A stretch of 64,000 nt of DNA from assembly GCF_006345805.1 (NCBI RefSeq), contig NC_043000.1, positions 108,438,001-108,502,000 of the forward strand, written 5' to 3'. The DNA comes from Octopus sinensis. Lineage: Eukaryota. A program made the position numbers and the translations under genes. The first letter of the stretch is position 1. The number at the start of each line of letters is the position of its first letter. The notes under the pieces were generated by a model. That model was not told where the DNA came from and did no database searches. It was given only the letters and a program-made list of their open reading frames with translations. This document shows positions 36,711-53,504 of the stretch, piece after piece.

Positions 36711-37124
36711 GTAATCAGTAAATCCAAAGAGAAATCTCTCACGGTGTAGAAACTATGAAATTCTTGAATTTTTTTTCAAACATTACACAAGCCTCCCACT
36801 TACACTGTCTACTATCCCCACCACCCAATGAAACATACAGCCAACACAATGTACGGTGAAGTGACCCTCATTTTAGACAATAACATTACATCTATGTTAT
36901 AAGGGAATTAGCTGACCATAACGATATATTGTACAAGAAAGAACACGTGTTCACTACAGCTGTTTCAAGTGTGGATTTTTTTTATTGATGAACAAATCAT
37001 TTGCATCATGAAAAACTTAATTATAATTTAAATCTAAAATTTGACATTTTAGATTTGGCTCTTAAAGAATATATATTCATTCCCTCATCCTGGTGACAAC
37101 CATATATATAATTGTGTATGATAT

Positions 37125-40756
<3,632 letters not shown>

Positions 40757-40811
40757 CAGCCCATGCTACCATGGAAAGTGGACGTTAAACGAATGATGAT
40801 AAATATATATA

Positions 40812-41642
40812 TGAGGTTTGATCGATGGGTGTCCGGACTGTTGCTGGGGCATACGATGAATCCACTTGGCGCAGATTGACCTTGAGCTCTGCTGTGCGTG
40901 CGCGCTGTTATGGCATTCTGGCTCGCTTCTGATTTTCGCAGCGGGTGCTGGGGGGGGGGAGTATATGGCGTGTGATTGTCGCATTGACCATAATAAAGTT
41001 GTCATGGTAATACCTGCTCAGAGGCCTACGCAAGGTTGCAGAAAGTGTATGGAGAGGAGTGTATGAGCCACGCACAAGTGTACAAGTGGTTCAGATGATT
41101 ACAAAATGGCCGAAAAAATGTCAATATTGACGAACATTCTAGGAAACCTGCAACCAGCAGAACTGAGAAAAACATTGCAGATGTGCATGCAGCTGTGAGG
41201 GGAAATTGTTGAATCACCATCTGTGAGTTCTCAGGATATGCAGACTAGTTACAGCTCATCTCAGTCCATTATCACTGAAAATTTGGGTATGTGCCAAAGC
41301 TGCTTTCAGTTGACTAAAAGGACACTTGGGTTTCAGTTTCACAAGATCTTGTGAAAACTTTGCATAGGCTTTGCATAGACCTCTGAGCAGATATCGCCAA
41401 GCTTTCAGTAAAATTTGATGCAGAGTCTCTACTCAACTTTCTTTGTAATGGTTAATGCGACGATCACATGCTGCACGCCTTCCTTCCGGGCACTGCTGTG
41501 GGCAGAGGAGGTGAGCTGGAACGTCGAAACTTAGTGCGCATGTGCGGCGGAGTTCAGGGTCAATCTGAGCCAATGGCTTCACTCTGCGTGCTTTAGCTTC
41601 ATTGCTGTGGCGGCGGTCTGGGTGCTTATTGGTCAGACCATG
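40812..41642. mobile_element. Two inward-facing 5' halves of a mariner family
   Basis: TA-flanked ITR-like ends at both extremes. Left half encodes HTH remnant AYARLQKVYGEECMSHAQVYKWF; right half is a diverged inverted copy of the same 5' end. Confidence 0.7.
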
Positions 41643-42317
41643 TATATACAATTTTTGTTTTTGCCTCTTTTTCAGTGGCTTCCAAACTTGTTTTCTCAGA
41701 GAATCCAAATATAATTTTCAAAAATTTATGGACCCCCCCACAACACACGCACACTTGTATTTTGCTCTAATTTTAATGAGACTTTAAATGAAGCAAAAAG
41801 TTGTTTCATTAAGAAAAATTATTCATGTGAAAAAAAATTCCTTATTCATTTTGAAAATACTGAGACCTTTTTATTAAAAATATATTTTTCTTAAATTCTA
41901 TTGTGTGGTTAATAAGTTCAGTTCTCAACCACATGGCTTCAGGTTGACCCTTTTTGTGGTGCTTTGGGCAAGTGTTTTCCACTATAGCCTTGGACTGACC
42001 AAAGCCTTGTTGGTAGATTTAGTAGACAAAAACTGAAAGTTGCAAATCACACGTATGTCTGTGTGTGAATGTTTACAAATTGTTGTAAGCTGTGTTGCAG
42101 ACAGTGAAATCATTATCTGAAGCTGAGCCGTAAGCCATGAAGTAACTGATTGTGGTTTGGCTGCTACAAATGTCATTTGTTGATATTTTTTTATCAGCAA
42201 ATCATATGCTCTCTCTATTTTCAAATTTCTTTGGAATTAAAATTCCTTTACTTGAAAACCAAGTAAACTTTGGCAACTGGAAAAGCATCCAGCTTTAAAA
42301 GTAAAAATAGTTCGTAG

Positions 42318-42660
42318 TAAAGAGATGGAAGGCAACAACACCATTGCTCAGCTGGTTCTTGTTTTAGCAACTTTAAAAGATGAAAGGCAACAACACCAGT
42401 GCTCAACTGATTCTTATTTTAGCAACCTTAAAAAGATGGAAGGCAACAACACCATTGCTCAGCTGGTTCTTATTTTAGCAACCTTAAAAAGATGAAAGGC
42501 AAAAACCCCATTGCTCATCTGGTTCTTATTTTAGCAACCTTAAAAGGGTGAAAGGCAACAAACCCATTGCTCAGCTGGTTCTTATTGTAGCAACCTTAAA
42601 TAGATGGAAGACAACAACACCATTGCTCAGCTGGCTCTTATTCTAGGAACCTTAAAAGGA
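42318..42660 (+). repeat. About 56-bp minisatellite, about 6 copies, derived from SINE A core
   Basis: Unit aaaagatggaaggcaacaacaccattgctcagctggttcttattttagcaacctta resembles SINE A reverse core cccagtgctcaactggtacttattttatcgaccccgaaaggatgaaaggcaa. Confidence 0.85.
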
Positions 42661-42699
42661 TTAAAGGCCTTGATCATTTGTCATTATCTCTGTGAGGCC

Positions 42700-43620
42700 C
42701 AATACATTTGAAAGGTAGTTTTTATGTGCCACCGTCATTGGCCACCTTGCCTCTGTGAGGCCCAACGCTTGAAAAGTGCTTTTTACGTGCTACCAATATG
42801 AGTGCTAGTTACGTGATGCCAGCATCAGCCTAGACTACAATCTCACCTGCCTTAACGGGTCTTCTCAAACACAGCATATCACCAATGGTCTCGGTCACTA
42901 GTCATTGCCACTGTGACACCAAAAGTTCAAAGACCATGCTTCACCACCTCATCTCATATCTTCCTGGGTCTACCTCTACCACATGTTCCCTCCACAGTTC
43001 GAGATTGGCACTTATTTACACAGCTGTCCTTGGTCATATGCATCACATGACCATAACTGCACAGATGTCTCTCTTGCACACCTCATCTGATGCCTCTTAT
43101 GCACAACTTTTCTCTCAAGATGCTTACACTCTGTCATTGCACATCCAGCAAAGCATACAAGCTTCATTTCTTTCAACTCTACACATGTCCTTGGCTGTCA
43201 CAGCCCATGTTTCACTGCCATGTAGCTTAGCTGTTCAAACACAGGCATCATACGATCTGCCTTTCACTCTGAGAGGAGAGGCCCATTGTTGCCTGCAAAT
43301 TTAGAAACTCTCTGAACTCTGCCCAGCCTATTCTTATTCTGGCAGCTATACTCTCAGAGCATCCACCTCCGCTACTAACTTGGTCACCTAGGTAACAGAA
43401 GCTATCTACTACCTCTAGCTTGTACCTCTGGCAGTTGATGGAGTCTATTTTCTGAATAGTTTTGATGTTTATCGTACCTGTGCACCGTCCACACAATAAA
43501 AGCTGTTTTTCCAAGTAACCATCCTCTGATATTGCTGCACCTCTTATGTGTCCATAACTTGCACCAGATACACCTTATGGAGTTTCTACTACCAATGCCT
43601 TTCCAACAGATTGAGCAGGG
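42700..43620 (-). mobile_element. RTE-clade LINE 3' part
   Basis: CGRCTG, VVDSFCYLGD, ARIRIGWAEF, YGHVMHM, GRGRPRK, short 3' UTR. Confidence 0.85.
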
Positions 43621-43860
43621 TCATCAACCTGAAGGGATTTGTGATTTGTCTGCTCTCCTACTTACTAACACTTTGAGAGGGATGGAAGGAGAGGGAGAGA
43701 GATTAATTGTGAGCTTGTAGAAAGTTAACTCCATTATGAAAAGCAGAAACTTTTGTAGTTGAGTGAGAGAAGCAACAGTAGTGTTGGTGCTTTTTCAAAG
43801 TCAGTGGTTTAACTTCCTTTCAGAGAAGAGCCAATGGTAATTGTTTTGTTTTTTTGCCAG

Positions 43861-44172
43861 ATGATGATATCTCATCTGCTGATAAGCTTAGCAGGTTATA
43901 ACGATTATCACCAGAACTATGCATGGCTGCAGATGGTTTCATTTCTTTTATTCAATTGCTAGTAGTACATAATGTGGATTTTTTTTTTAAATGGAAGAGA
44001 ATAGGAGAAAACAAAACATTCCAAGAGTTCTTCATTCTTCAGATGTTTGTCTAATCAAATGTCTACTTTTCAGTAAAATTTTCCAGTAATGCCTGCAGTT
44101 TTCCCAACAGACATGTTTTATGGCATGTCAATTATTGCTGACATTACACAGCAATATTTTCAACCTGAATCT
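43861..44172 (+). other. Two possible small plus-strand exons (43861-43894 and 44087-44172), unidentified
   Basis: Acceptors ttttttgccag and ttttccag; open frames MMISHLLISLA and MPAVFPTDMFYGMSIIADITQQYFQPES; donors weak (gttata, gttagt). Confidence 0.25.
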
Positions 44173-44197
44173 GTTAGTAAAGTGTCAAGATAAAAAC

Positions 44198-44520
44198 CTA
44201 TATTTGGCTTTTGTTGGCTTGGAGAAAGCCTTTGACAGGGTCCCCCGATCCCTTATCTGGTAGGCAATGTGGAAACTGGAGATTGATGAGTGGTTAATAA
44301 GAGTTGTACAGGCCCTGTATAGGGATGCCATTAGTAAGGTAAGGGTTTGCAATGAGTATAGTGTAGAATTCCGAGTAGAAGTAGGGGTTCACCAAGGATC
44401 AACCCCTCTTATTCCTCATAGTCCTCCAAGCAATAACAGAGGAATTCAAGACAGATTGTCCCTGGGAGCTGCTCTATGCTGATGACCTTGCTCTCATAGA
44501 AGAGTCACTACCAGAACTAC
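44198..44520 (+). mobile_element. RTE-clade RT fragment
   Basis: LYLAFVGLEKAFDRVP, GVHQGS, WELLYADDL. Confidence 0.88.
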
Positions 44521-44528
44521 CCTTCTTA

Positions 44529-44736
44529 CCCTTTAGTGTTCAGATCTCTGTCAACTGTAATGCTTATTTATTCACATTGTTTTTAGTTAACCATGCATTA
44601 TCCCAAAACTTTGAGATTTCAGTGACATGATTGCTTATTTTTAGAATGATATTTTAGGTCAAATGTAATAGGCCCTATCTGGCCAGTTTGAAGATAAAAC
44701 AGGTAGAATATTTCGGCTGGTTTAAATGCTAAATGG
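44529..44736. mobile_element. piggyBac-type MITE
   Basis: ccctttag ... aatgctaaatgg-ttaa; homologous to 29672-30040. Confidence 0.7.
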
Positions 44737-45011
44737 TTAAACTTCATTCCTATCTTTCCAAATCTTGGTGTATTCTACATAGAATATGCTGCCCTTCAAG
44801 ATGTCTCAAGCAACACTCAGGCCTCTGACATGTCTTGCAAGGCAGGAACTATGGTTAAGAACTGACTTGAATCGCACACACAAACATACCCATTTGCAAA
44901 CTTAGAACCTAATTAATTCCCATTATATAATCCTGAAATATAACTTATTCTATCTGCAACATTTGAATCCAGTTGTAAAGCTAACATTCCCTGGATATTT
45001 CTAAAACTTAC

Positions 45012-45181
45012 CTATTGACAACTAACTTGTGTTCTTGGATGTGAGCAACAAGTTGACCTTTCAGTTTCCAGTTCTGTGGGGGGAAATCTGGTAAAGCCCA
45101 ATGCCTTCCAAAATATCTTTCATCCAAATGTCAGCTTCATATTGCTCTCTTCTGTGATTTACCAAATTTCTTAAGTCTTGT
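45012..45181 (-). pseudogene. PIK3R4: VPS15/PIK3R4 exon leading into the first WD40 repeat, 1-nt frameshift
   Basis: QDLRNLVNHRREQYEADIWMKDILEGIGLYQ then, after a frameshift, PPQNWKLKGQLVAHIQEHKLVVNR. Matches recalled human PIK3R4 [37 protein letters not shown]. Acceptor ccctttacag, donor ag|gtaagt; length 170 where 171 would be in frame. Confidence 0.85.
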
Positions 45182-45817
45182 CTGTAAAGGGTGTAACATG
45201 ATAAAAATAAATGGTAAATGTAAGGAAACTGTTCAAACAAGTTTATAACTATAACAATTAAAAGTCTAGGTTTCAAAGTTATTCTATTTTCATATTTGTT
45301 GAAGCTTTTGATCATAAACGTTCAACCATTTTCATTGTCACATATGATGTTTAGATATCGCCATCATCATCATCATCAGCATCATCATCATCATCATCAT
45401 CTCTCTCTTTTGCTCTATTAATAGCACTCATTTCACTCTTGAAGTGGTTTGCATTAGGAAGAGCATCCAACCGTAGAAAACCATGCCAAATCAGATTGGA
45501 GCCTGGTGCAGCCTTCCAGCATGCCAGCCCAGTCAAACCATCCAACATCTGATTTCTATGCTAGAATGGGTTGGATGTTTTGACAGGAGCTGGCAAGGCC
45601 AAGAGCCACACCAAAGTCTATTGTCTACTTTAGCTTGCTTTTGACAGCTGAGTGCCCTTTCTAATGCCAACCACCTTACAGTGTAATGAGTTTTTTATGT
45701 GGAACCAGCACCAGTGCTTTTTAGAAGGTATGAGAGATGAATATATTTATTTAACCAATTATGTTTAGGATTACAACCATTTCATAGCTTTCTTCGTGGT
45801 TAAATAAATATATTTAC

Positions 45818-45917
45818 CTCTCATATCTCCTGGTTTATATATTCCTCACAAAATAATCATATTGATCAGATCTCCTATATTTCAGCTGCATGGAACTTTG
45901 CATTATACATCTCTGTA
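45818..45917 (-). pseudogene. PIK3R4: Probable intervening VPS15 exon with an in-frame TAA
   Basis: Acceptor after the (CT)n tract (gtccag), donor ag|gtaaat; phase 1 to 2 bridges the flanking exons; QRCIMQSSMQLKY..NI*TRRYE. Confidence 0.45.
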
Positions 45918-46052
45918 CTGGACGAGAGAGAGAGGGAGAGAGAGAGAGAGAGAGAGAGAGTAGATGGAGAGAGAGAGACCGATAGAGGGAAAGAGTAGAT
46001 GAAGAGAGAGAGAGAGAATGAAAGAGGGGGTAGATGAAGAGAGAGAGAATGG

Positions 46053-46110
<58 letters not shown>

Positions 46111-46196
46111 AAGAAGCAATAATTCAAATTGCATATTAACTAAGTTGAAGACATGATTCAATTATATTAATGAGTATCCCCAAATTCCATGCGTAC

Positions 46197-46407
46197 TTTG
46201 AATCGATGGTTTTTCAGAGATGTGTTTTTGAAAATTATTTTCCTTAGTTGAAGTCTGCCAAAAAACAGTTGATGCAATAATAGGATTTGTTAAATAAGTT
46301 CTTGCTTCCGAAACATTGTCCCATTTGATGTTTGTATTAGACTTTGGAGAAGTTGACAATGACTTTTCTGTGTCACTGGAACCAAACATACTTTTCCACT
46401 CAGCATT
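46197..46407 (-). CDS. PIK3R4: VPS15/PIK3R4 linker exon (NAEWKSMFGSSDTEK...KPSIQ)
   Basis: Acceptor ttttcttttcag, donor a|gtacgc, open frame; NAEWKSMFGS matches recalled human NEEWKSMFGS; correct order upstream of the WD40 exon. Confidence 0.8.
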
Positions 46408-47344
46408 CTGAAAAGAAAAATTATTATTAAGTGAGAAATCAGTGCATGCTATCCAAATGACACTGGGGTACAAATATGCAAAGCCCAATATACCCATCAT
46501 GACTACTGTAAAAGTTACACCAGGCGCAAAAATCGCAACCATATATGCATGACATGGTGACTATCATATCAAGATAAACAACGCAAGATTTTGCAGGTAG
46601 GGTCCAGTTCGAATTTTATTCATGTTGAGTAAGCTGCTCAAAAGGTCCCTGAATAAGGGTTGTTTAAGGATGATAAATGAAATACTCATGTTTCCAGACA
46701 TGAATGCTTCAAATGCTAAAGAATACTTCTCAACACATTGCTATGATGCTATTATGGTTAGGGTTTTATTTGTTTTGCACGCAAAGAGCTCCAAAGCACT
46801 CCCCACTGCACTTGAAATATGAATTTTTTACGTTAATATGTCTTCTTTATGCTTCAGGTCAAGATCAAGGAAAGGTTCGACGAGCACAACTGACATGGAG
46901 AGCTGGTTTTGCCGCATTTTTTTCCCTGACGTACTTTCACTTTAAAAACCTAACCCCTAAACCATACACAAATGCACACACCTACCCGCGCGCACACACA
47001 TATACACACACGTACCCGTGCTCAGACACACATACACTCACATACATATACGTACTTATGCCTACAGTTGGAAGGATTATAATATTTCAATGGAAACAAC
47101 TATTATAGCACAACTTACGTAAAGATATTCTCATTACCGTCCTTACAATTTTAAAAATATCCCATTATAAGGGAAGTAACTCAAAGAAGAAACATTTCAG
47201 AAATATTACCGAGATTTATTTCGAAATTACCTCCCTTACTGAACAAGAAACACAACTCATGACATGCTTTTAAATGGTATGGGTTTCAATAATATTTCCT
47301 TTTGAAGACAAGGGTCGTAATTGTGTGTGATGTTTTGCATTATG

Positions 47345-47566
47345 AAGGCGGCGAGCTGGCAGAAACGTTCGCACGCCGGGCGAAATGCTAACTGTATTTC
47401 GTCTATCTTCACGTTCTGCTTTCAAATTCCGCCGAGGTCAACTTTGCCTTCTATCTTTTCAGAGTCGATAAATTAAGTAAGTACCAGTAAAACACCGAAG
47501 TCGATGTAATAGACTATCCCCCTCCCCCAAATTTCAGGCTTCGTGCCTATGGTAGAAAGGATTATT
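47345..47566 (+). mobile_element. SINE family A (tail type 2)
   Basis: Full copy inserted in the 47150-47745 repeat. Confidence 0.9.
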
Positions 47567-48129
47567 TTGCATTATAGCTTTGCAGTGCAGTTAATTATCT
47601 GCCCTTCTCTAATCGACGGACTGAATCAATTATTTTCTAGGCAAGAGAATGTAATAGAAATCGTTGTTTCTCTTCTTCATAATGTCAAGAAAACAACTTG
47701 CTTTTCCAAATCGATGTCAATACGAAGCATAAATCATCGTGTCTACAAAACGAAGCAAGGGTTGTAAAAAGGGATTAGCAAATAAAATCATAATTGGCAG
47801 TAGAAGAAGAATTCTCGAAATCGCAAACACAACTGTTCGAATGTATCGACAAACAGTAAAAATACCTTTATCTGTACTACTCTTTCTTCACCTCTAATCA
47901 CTCAACCAAGGTCGAAGAAAATTTTTAAACCTCACATAAATAAAAAAAAAGATATCTGAAATATTTTCTCCTTACGTAACAACAGGAATTATTATTTAAA
48001 ATCTCTTCCTTTTCATTATGTAAACATAGCATCTTTACATATATATGTAACAAGAAATCACAATGTCCTGTGGTTAAGAGTAGAAGAACTAGATTTTGTC
48101 TTCCTTTCTCCAAAGGTTACTGTTATTAG

Positions 48130-50760
48130 TATCTGTACATAATAAAACAAACGACTTGATAATTGGGCTCTACAGGCCACCCAAGCGCCACTACTGATCT
48201 TCGATGAATGTCTCAAGAAAGCCAAGTCTTTCATCAACCAGTGCAAAACCAGTAACATTTTAATAATGGGTGATTTCAATCTTCCTTATATTTACTAAAC
48301 TACACATACCCTGAAAACAGGTGTGTACATTTCAACCCCAGGGAAAGCAGCAGTGGAATCACTGTTCAAATTCATGGACGAATTCTTCCTGTCTCAACTT
48401 GTGCTCGTACCTACAAGATTCAACCAAAATAACCTGGACTTAGTGTTAAATAACCATACAAACACTATCAATGATATTGCAGTGGAGAAAACTCTTCGCT
48501 CAGACCACGATATGGTTCTTTGTAGCCTGAGGTTTCGGCAGCCTAGAGAAAAACCTGACTATCACACACCAGCGCATCCTTTTGATCTCTTGGATCTCCA
48601 CGAGGCTAACTGGAAGGAAATCACCCACGATTTTTCGCTCGTTGATTGGTCTTTCACAGATTCTCCCTCCCCAAGTAGCATTGCTGCATCGTGGCAGTTA
48701 TTTGTGGACACTGTAACAAATATACGTTTACGCCACATTCCACAACAGTCCATGAACAAAACAAAATGCAAGCTGCCTAACAAAAATTAAAAGTCGCTCA
48801 TGAGAAAAATAAAAAGAATGAATAAAAAAGATCAACCGGCTAAGATATTGCCAGCTGCGCCACTCCCAATTTGTTAGACGTAGCTCTACTGGAATCAAAG
48901 AAATTTGATCTCCAAAATTGTTTGAAGTCTTGTCATTACCAATGAAAGAATAACAGAGGAGAAGTGAGCCACCGAGAAAATTAAACACAATCCTAAAGTT
49001 TTCTTCTCATTCACCAAAAAAGAAACATAAGGTTGCTATCTCATCTGTCGGACCTCTGATTGCCGAAGACAACACTCTCCATAGTACTACAGAAGACAAG
49101 GTGGAGATTCTGCAGAAACGATACTGCTCTCCTTTCAGCAATCCAAGTAACCTGACCAACATATATGCAAACAACCTACAGCACACCCTTTTTGACATAT
49201 CATTTGACACCTTGGACATCGTAGCAGCTATTAGCAAAATCAAGAACAACTCAGCTGCAGGCCCGATAGGTTCCCTGCTAGAGTCCTGAAGGAGTGCCGA
49301 TTCCAGTTAGCTCTCCCTTTAGCTATTCTCTGGCGAAAATCAATGGATGTGGGCTATATCCATGAAAATCTCCTTTCCCAGGCAATTACCCCAGTTTTCA
49401 AGAAAGCAAAAGGTCACTCGCCGTGAACTACCGACCGATCTCACTTACTTCTCATATCATCAAATTATTTGAGAGAGTGGTGAGATCTCGAGTAACTCAC
49501 TTCTTGGAATCTAACAGCTTGATTATTCCCAACCAACACGGCTTCCGCAATGGAAGGGACTGCTTAGCACAGCTCTTGCATCATTTCAAATATATCTTAA
49601 AGGCCGTGTGAGAGGACTCCAATGCAGATGTCATATACTTTGACTTCCGCAAAGCCTTTAACAGGGTTGATCACAGCATCCTGCTAACGAAACTGTCCGA
49701 CATTGGAGTCCGAGGAAAACTGTTAACTTGACTGAGGTCCAATCGACCTCAGTCAGGGTTATAAGTGGAGTCCCACAAGGCACTGTATTGGGCCCGCTTT
49801 TTCATAATTTATAATAACATCATTGACGTCATCAATCACAGTAGCATGAGTATTGTCATGGATGGCTCTAAGTTACGGAAGGTTGTTGACAGGGTTGAAA
49901 ACCAGACAAATCTTCAACCTGATGAGTTAGTTGTTATCCAGTGGGCGAAGATACATAATAAGCAGCAAAACGGGAAAAAAATCCAATCTAATCCACTTCA
50001 GTAAAGAGACTGCATTCCAACAACTATACACTCTTCCTTCGGGCGAAACCTTCGTGGCATCCAGCACTGCTAGAAACCTGGGTGTTACTGTTGACAACGA
50101 AATAAACTGGAGTACTCACATAATCAGCAAAGTTGACATGGCTCGCAGGGCGTGCTCCCGGGTCATCAGACTTTCCGGTCTAGAGACACCCTTACTATTA
50201 TTCTACTTTTCTCTAGTTTTGCTCGCCCTCACCTTGAATGCTGTTGTCCGCTGTGGTTCCGTGACACGATACAGAATATTATGAAAATTGAAGCTCCCCT
50301 GAGATCAATCACAAAAATAAAAGATGACATGACAAACCTTAACTATTGGGATTGACTCAAAAAGCTCATACTTTACTCCCTCCACCGCCACCATGAGTGC
50401 TATATTGTCTGTATGATGTGGAAAATATTCCATCAACATTCCCCAAATGACATAGGTATCATCTTTAATATTCATCCAAGGCTTGGCCCCCTTGCCATCA
50501 GTCCATTTTAGAAATCATGTTCGTGTCGTATCACAACACCACCACAGAACTATTTCACCTCAACTGACCCTGCTCTCTTCAACATCGTGCCAGCCTACAT
50601 AAAGGAGGAAAGTGATTTCATGGCATTCAAATGGTTCCTAGATAATTACCTCCAACAAATACCAGACAAACCATCCACACTCGGATATGTCTCTGAAAAC
50701 AATAACTCTCTGCTCGAATGCGCTATGGTGCCCAAGAGCTGACTATATCTCTTTCAGGTG
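48130..50760 (+). mobile_element. Older CR1-group LINE, second family, degraded
   Basis: GLYRPP, GDFNLP, NNLDLV, SDH, AAGP, NYRPISLTS, QHGFRNG, DFRKAF, GVPQG; C-terminus PDKPST..NNNSLL; many stops and frameshifts. Confidence 0.9.
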
Positions 50761-50954
50761 GTGCTATTAAATTATACATAGCCAATTTATATATGTGTAT
50801 GTGTATATAAATAAATAAATATATGAATTGAGAGAATTGTTGGCAAAATGCTTAGCAATATTTTGCTCCTGTTCAAATTCTGTCTGGGTCGACTTTGCCT
50901 TCCATATCCCGGGGTCCATAAATTGTGCTTACAGTAGAAATTGTGCTTACTGAT

Positions 50955-51230
50955 GTGTTGTTCCAGTCTGGTGAGAACTTATATATTTGCCTGGCAGTCT
51001 TCAAGCTTATCTGTATGATTTGGAGCATCCGGTGGGCGATATGTAGCATATATGACAATATTAAGTTGTCTTATGTATACAATTTGAGTATCACTGAATT
51101 TGAATGACAGTAGAACTTGGGGCGTGAGATCCTCTCGAATGTACACAACTCCACCATGGCTCCTTTATTTTTTATCAGAGCGTATGACAATATATTGCGG
51201 TATGTATATTTCTGCATCCCCTTTCTTTTG
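50955..51230 (-). mobile_element. CR1-group APE fragment
   Basis: Reverse complement of 37780-38020 (SHGGVV..DLTPQVL). Confidence 0.8.
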
Positions 51231-52074
51231 CTACTCGCTTTTCTCGAAAGTTTCTGCAACATCCTATCCTACTAAGGGGTCTGATGAATCTGTAAAATGT
51301 TGCACAAGCACTCAGTTCTAAGTACACTGCTTCTTGCAGGAGAAACAGCTGTAAGCTTATGAAGGTGAGTGTATAACTCTCTTTTGGCCATTCATTAATC
51401 GATATACACACATATGTGTATCTATGTGTGAGAGAGAGAGAGAGAGTGTGTGTGTGTGAGAGTGAGTGAGTGAGTGAGTGAGTGAGACACAGAGAGAGAG
51501 AGTGTGTGTGCGTGCGTGAATGTGTGTGTGAGTGCGCGCGCGTGTATGTAAACAGATCATAAATGAGAATCTATTTTTGTTGTTGTTTAGATAAGTAATG
51601 GACACTGCTTAGATAAAAAAAAAAGGCCTCATCGGAAATCGATAGTAAATCGATAAGCAGTCATTTCTGACAACCATTAATGTTCAGTTAGAAACAAATG
51701 TGTGATACTAAGAAAAGATAAACAACACGAGGAGATTCATTCTCTTGAGCTTTTTGAAAAAGATTTTAGTTACTGTTATTACGAAATCCCGACGTAGTCG
51801 AGTAAGATATCCGCCAAGGCGTGGATGCATGTGTTTGACTAATTTAACGAAGGATAATGGACTATTTTACGTCGGCTGCCATTCATGTGGCTATATAATG
51901 AAGTTTAGGATTTTAGTCTAACTTTAAGATTAAATATTAGATCGAAGATTTGAACCGAACAATACTTGGCAGTCTTCCGAGTATATGGCCACCTGTCGGA
52001 ATCGTTCAGCATTGGATCGACCCTTCTCAACTCTTTTATTCATATTTACTCTGGAGTCACTAGTGTAAAAGTTG

Positions 52075-52830
52075 GAAGAGGCGCATCCCGCAAGAACTAG
52101 GATGTGGAAGATCTGTGTTTGCATATGCGGACGATGTCACTTTAATAGTATCGGACATGAAACACATCAACGCGACCGTTTTTCACCTAAGGTAATAGGA
52201 GGCGATAACAGGAGCAAAAGCTAACCAGAAGTCTTTGGGCCTACAGCTCGGTACCTAGAGAGGCAAGTCCATGCCGTCCAATAGCGTTGTTGGGCACTGG
52301 ACGATCCAAACCTCCAGATGGACAAAAACAAAAGGTAACGAGCAGGGTGGCTAATCTTACATAGAAATGGATGAGGAAAATATCCCCGAAGGGTCGAACA
52401 GAAGTGGAGAATGCCAACATTGCATCCATCATCTACTACTACCTGATTGCTGTGTTTTTCCTTGCTCTATGGCTGACCAGAACGAAGCGCTTGCTCTTCC
52501 ATTTTGTGGAGAGGGTGCGTTCTGCACGTCTGACAGTCTATTTACTGTCAACATCCGTTGCCTAGAAGCTTGGGTATGCCGTGGCTGTTGGTGCGCAGAC
52601 ATGTGATGAGGCTGCGACATCTCCAGAGTTTCATTGACTGTGAGAAGGTGTGTTAATCGTTTGTTAGACATTCATTTCCGCAACTCGTCTTTGATAGGGT
52701 TGCAGCCCCATATCAAGCGTAGACAAGGCTAAGTGCTTGGCACCTTGGGTGTCATCAAGCACTCACAGCTTCCAGTCATTTGGACAATGCAGTCGGCGGA
52801 TATTCCACCATGGTGTTCTATAGAGGATGA
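52075..52830 (+). mobile_element. Tx1/L1-clade RT fragment
   Basis: SVFAYADDVTLIVSD, GLQLGT*RGKSMP, LGMPWLLVRRH. Confidence 0.8.
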
Positions 52831-53098
52831 GTGGTTGGTAAGAGTGACAATGCCCCCGAAGATACTCAAAACACCGATGAAAATCTCATATCAAGATAAA
52901 CAGCACATATCGTCAGCCACTAAGGGACATACTCAACTGGTTAAGGTCAAACAACTGACAAGCAAATCTATGATATTGAGCAGAATATTTGCTTTAATCC
53001 GTCTTTTATACCAAGACAAAACAATGTTCATGATAATACTTCCAATCAGTTAAGATCAGAAGCCATGAAAGCCACTGCCTGATACTGCATCAGGGCAT

Positions 53099-53099
53099 C

Positions 53100-53157
<58 letters not shown>

Positions 53158-53179
53158 TAATAATAATAATAATAATTAC

Positions 53180-53242
<63 letters not shown>

Positions 53243-53245
53243 CAT
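53099..53245. repeat. (TAA)n abutting (TTA)n
   Basis: Direct observation; the two tracts are mutually inverted. Confidence 0.9.
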
Positions 53246-53309
53246 CATCATCATCATAAGGGTTTTTGTGTGTTTTTACGGCTTATAAACACCTTCCACG
53301 CTGCAAGTG

Positions 53310-53386
<77 letters not shown>

Positions 53387-53387
53387 C

Positions 53388-53445
<58 letters not shown>

Positions 53446-53504
53446 GTATAAAAAATTATATATAAAAATACAGAATGGGACAAGAACGCAAAACACACAA
53501 AGAG

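Noticed and set aside
42040-42230. Possible downstream VPS15 WD40 exon (QMTF.., SASDN on the minus strand)
   Set aside because: Motifs are in different frames, spacing does not fit, and splice sites are unclear; too weak to call.
42318-42660. CRISPR-like regular array
   Set aside because: Contiguous tandem units without unique spacers, SINE-derived, eukaryotic context, no cas genes.
46858-46930. Plus-strand exon after a strong acceptor (VKIKERFDEHN*)
   Set aside because: Stops in the phase-compatible frame and no convincing donor.
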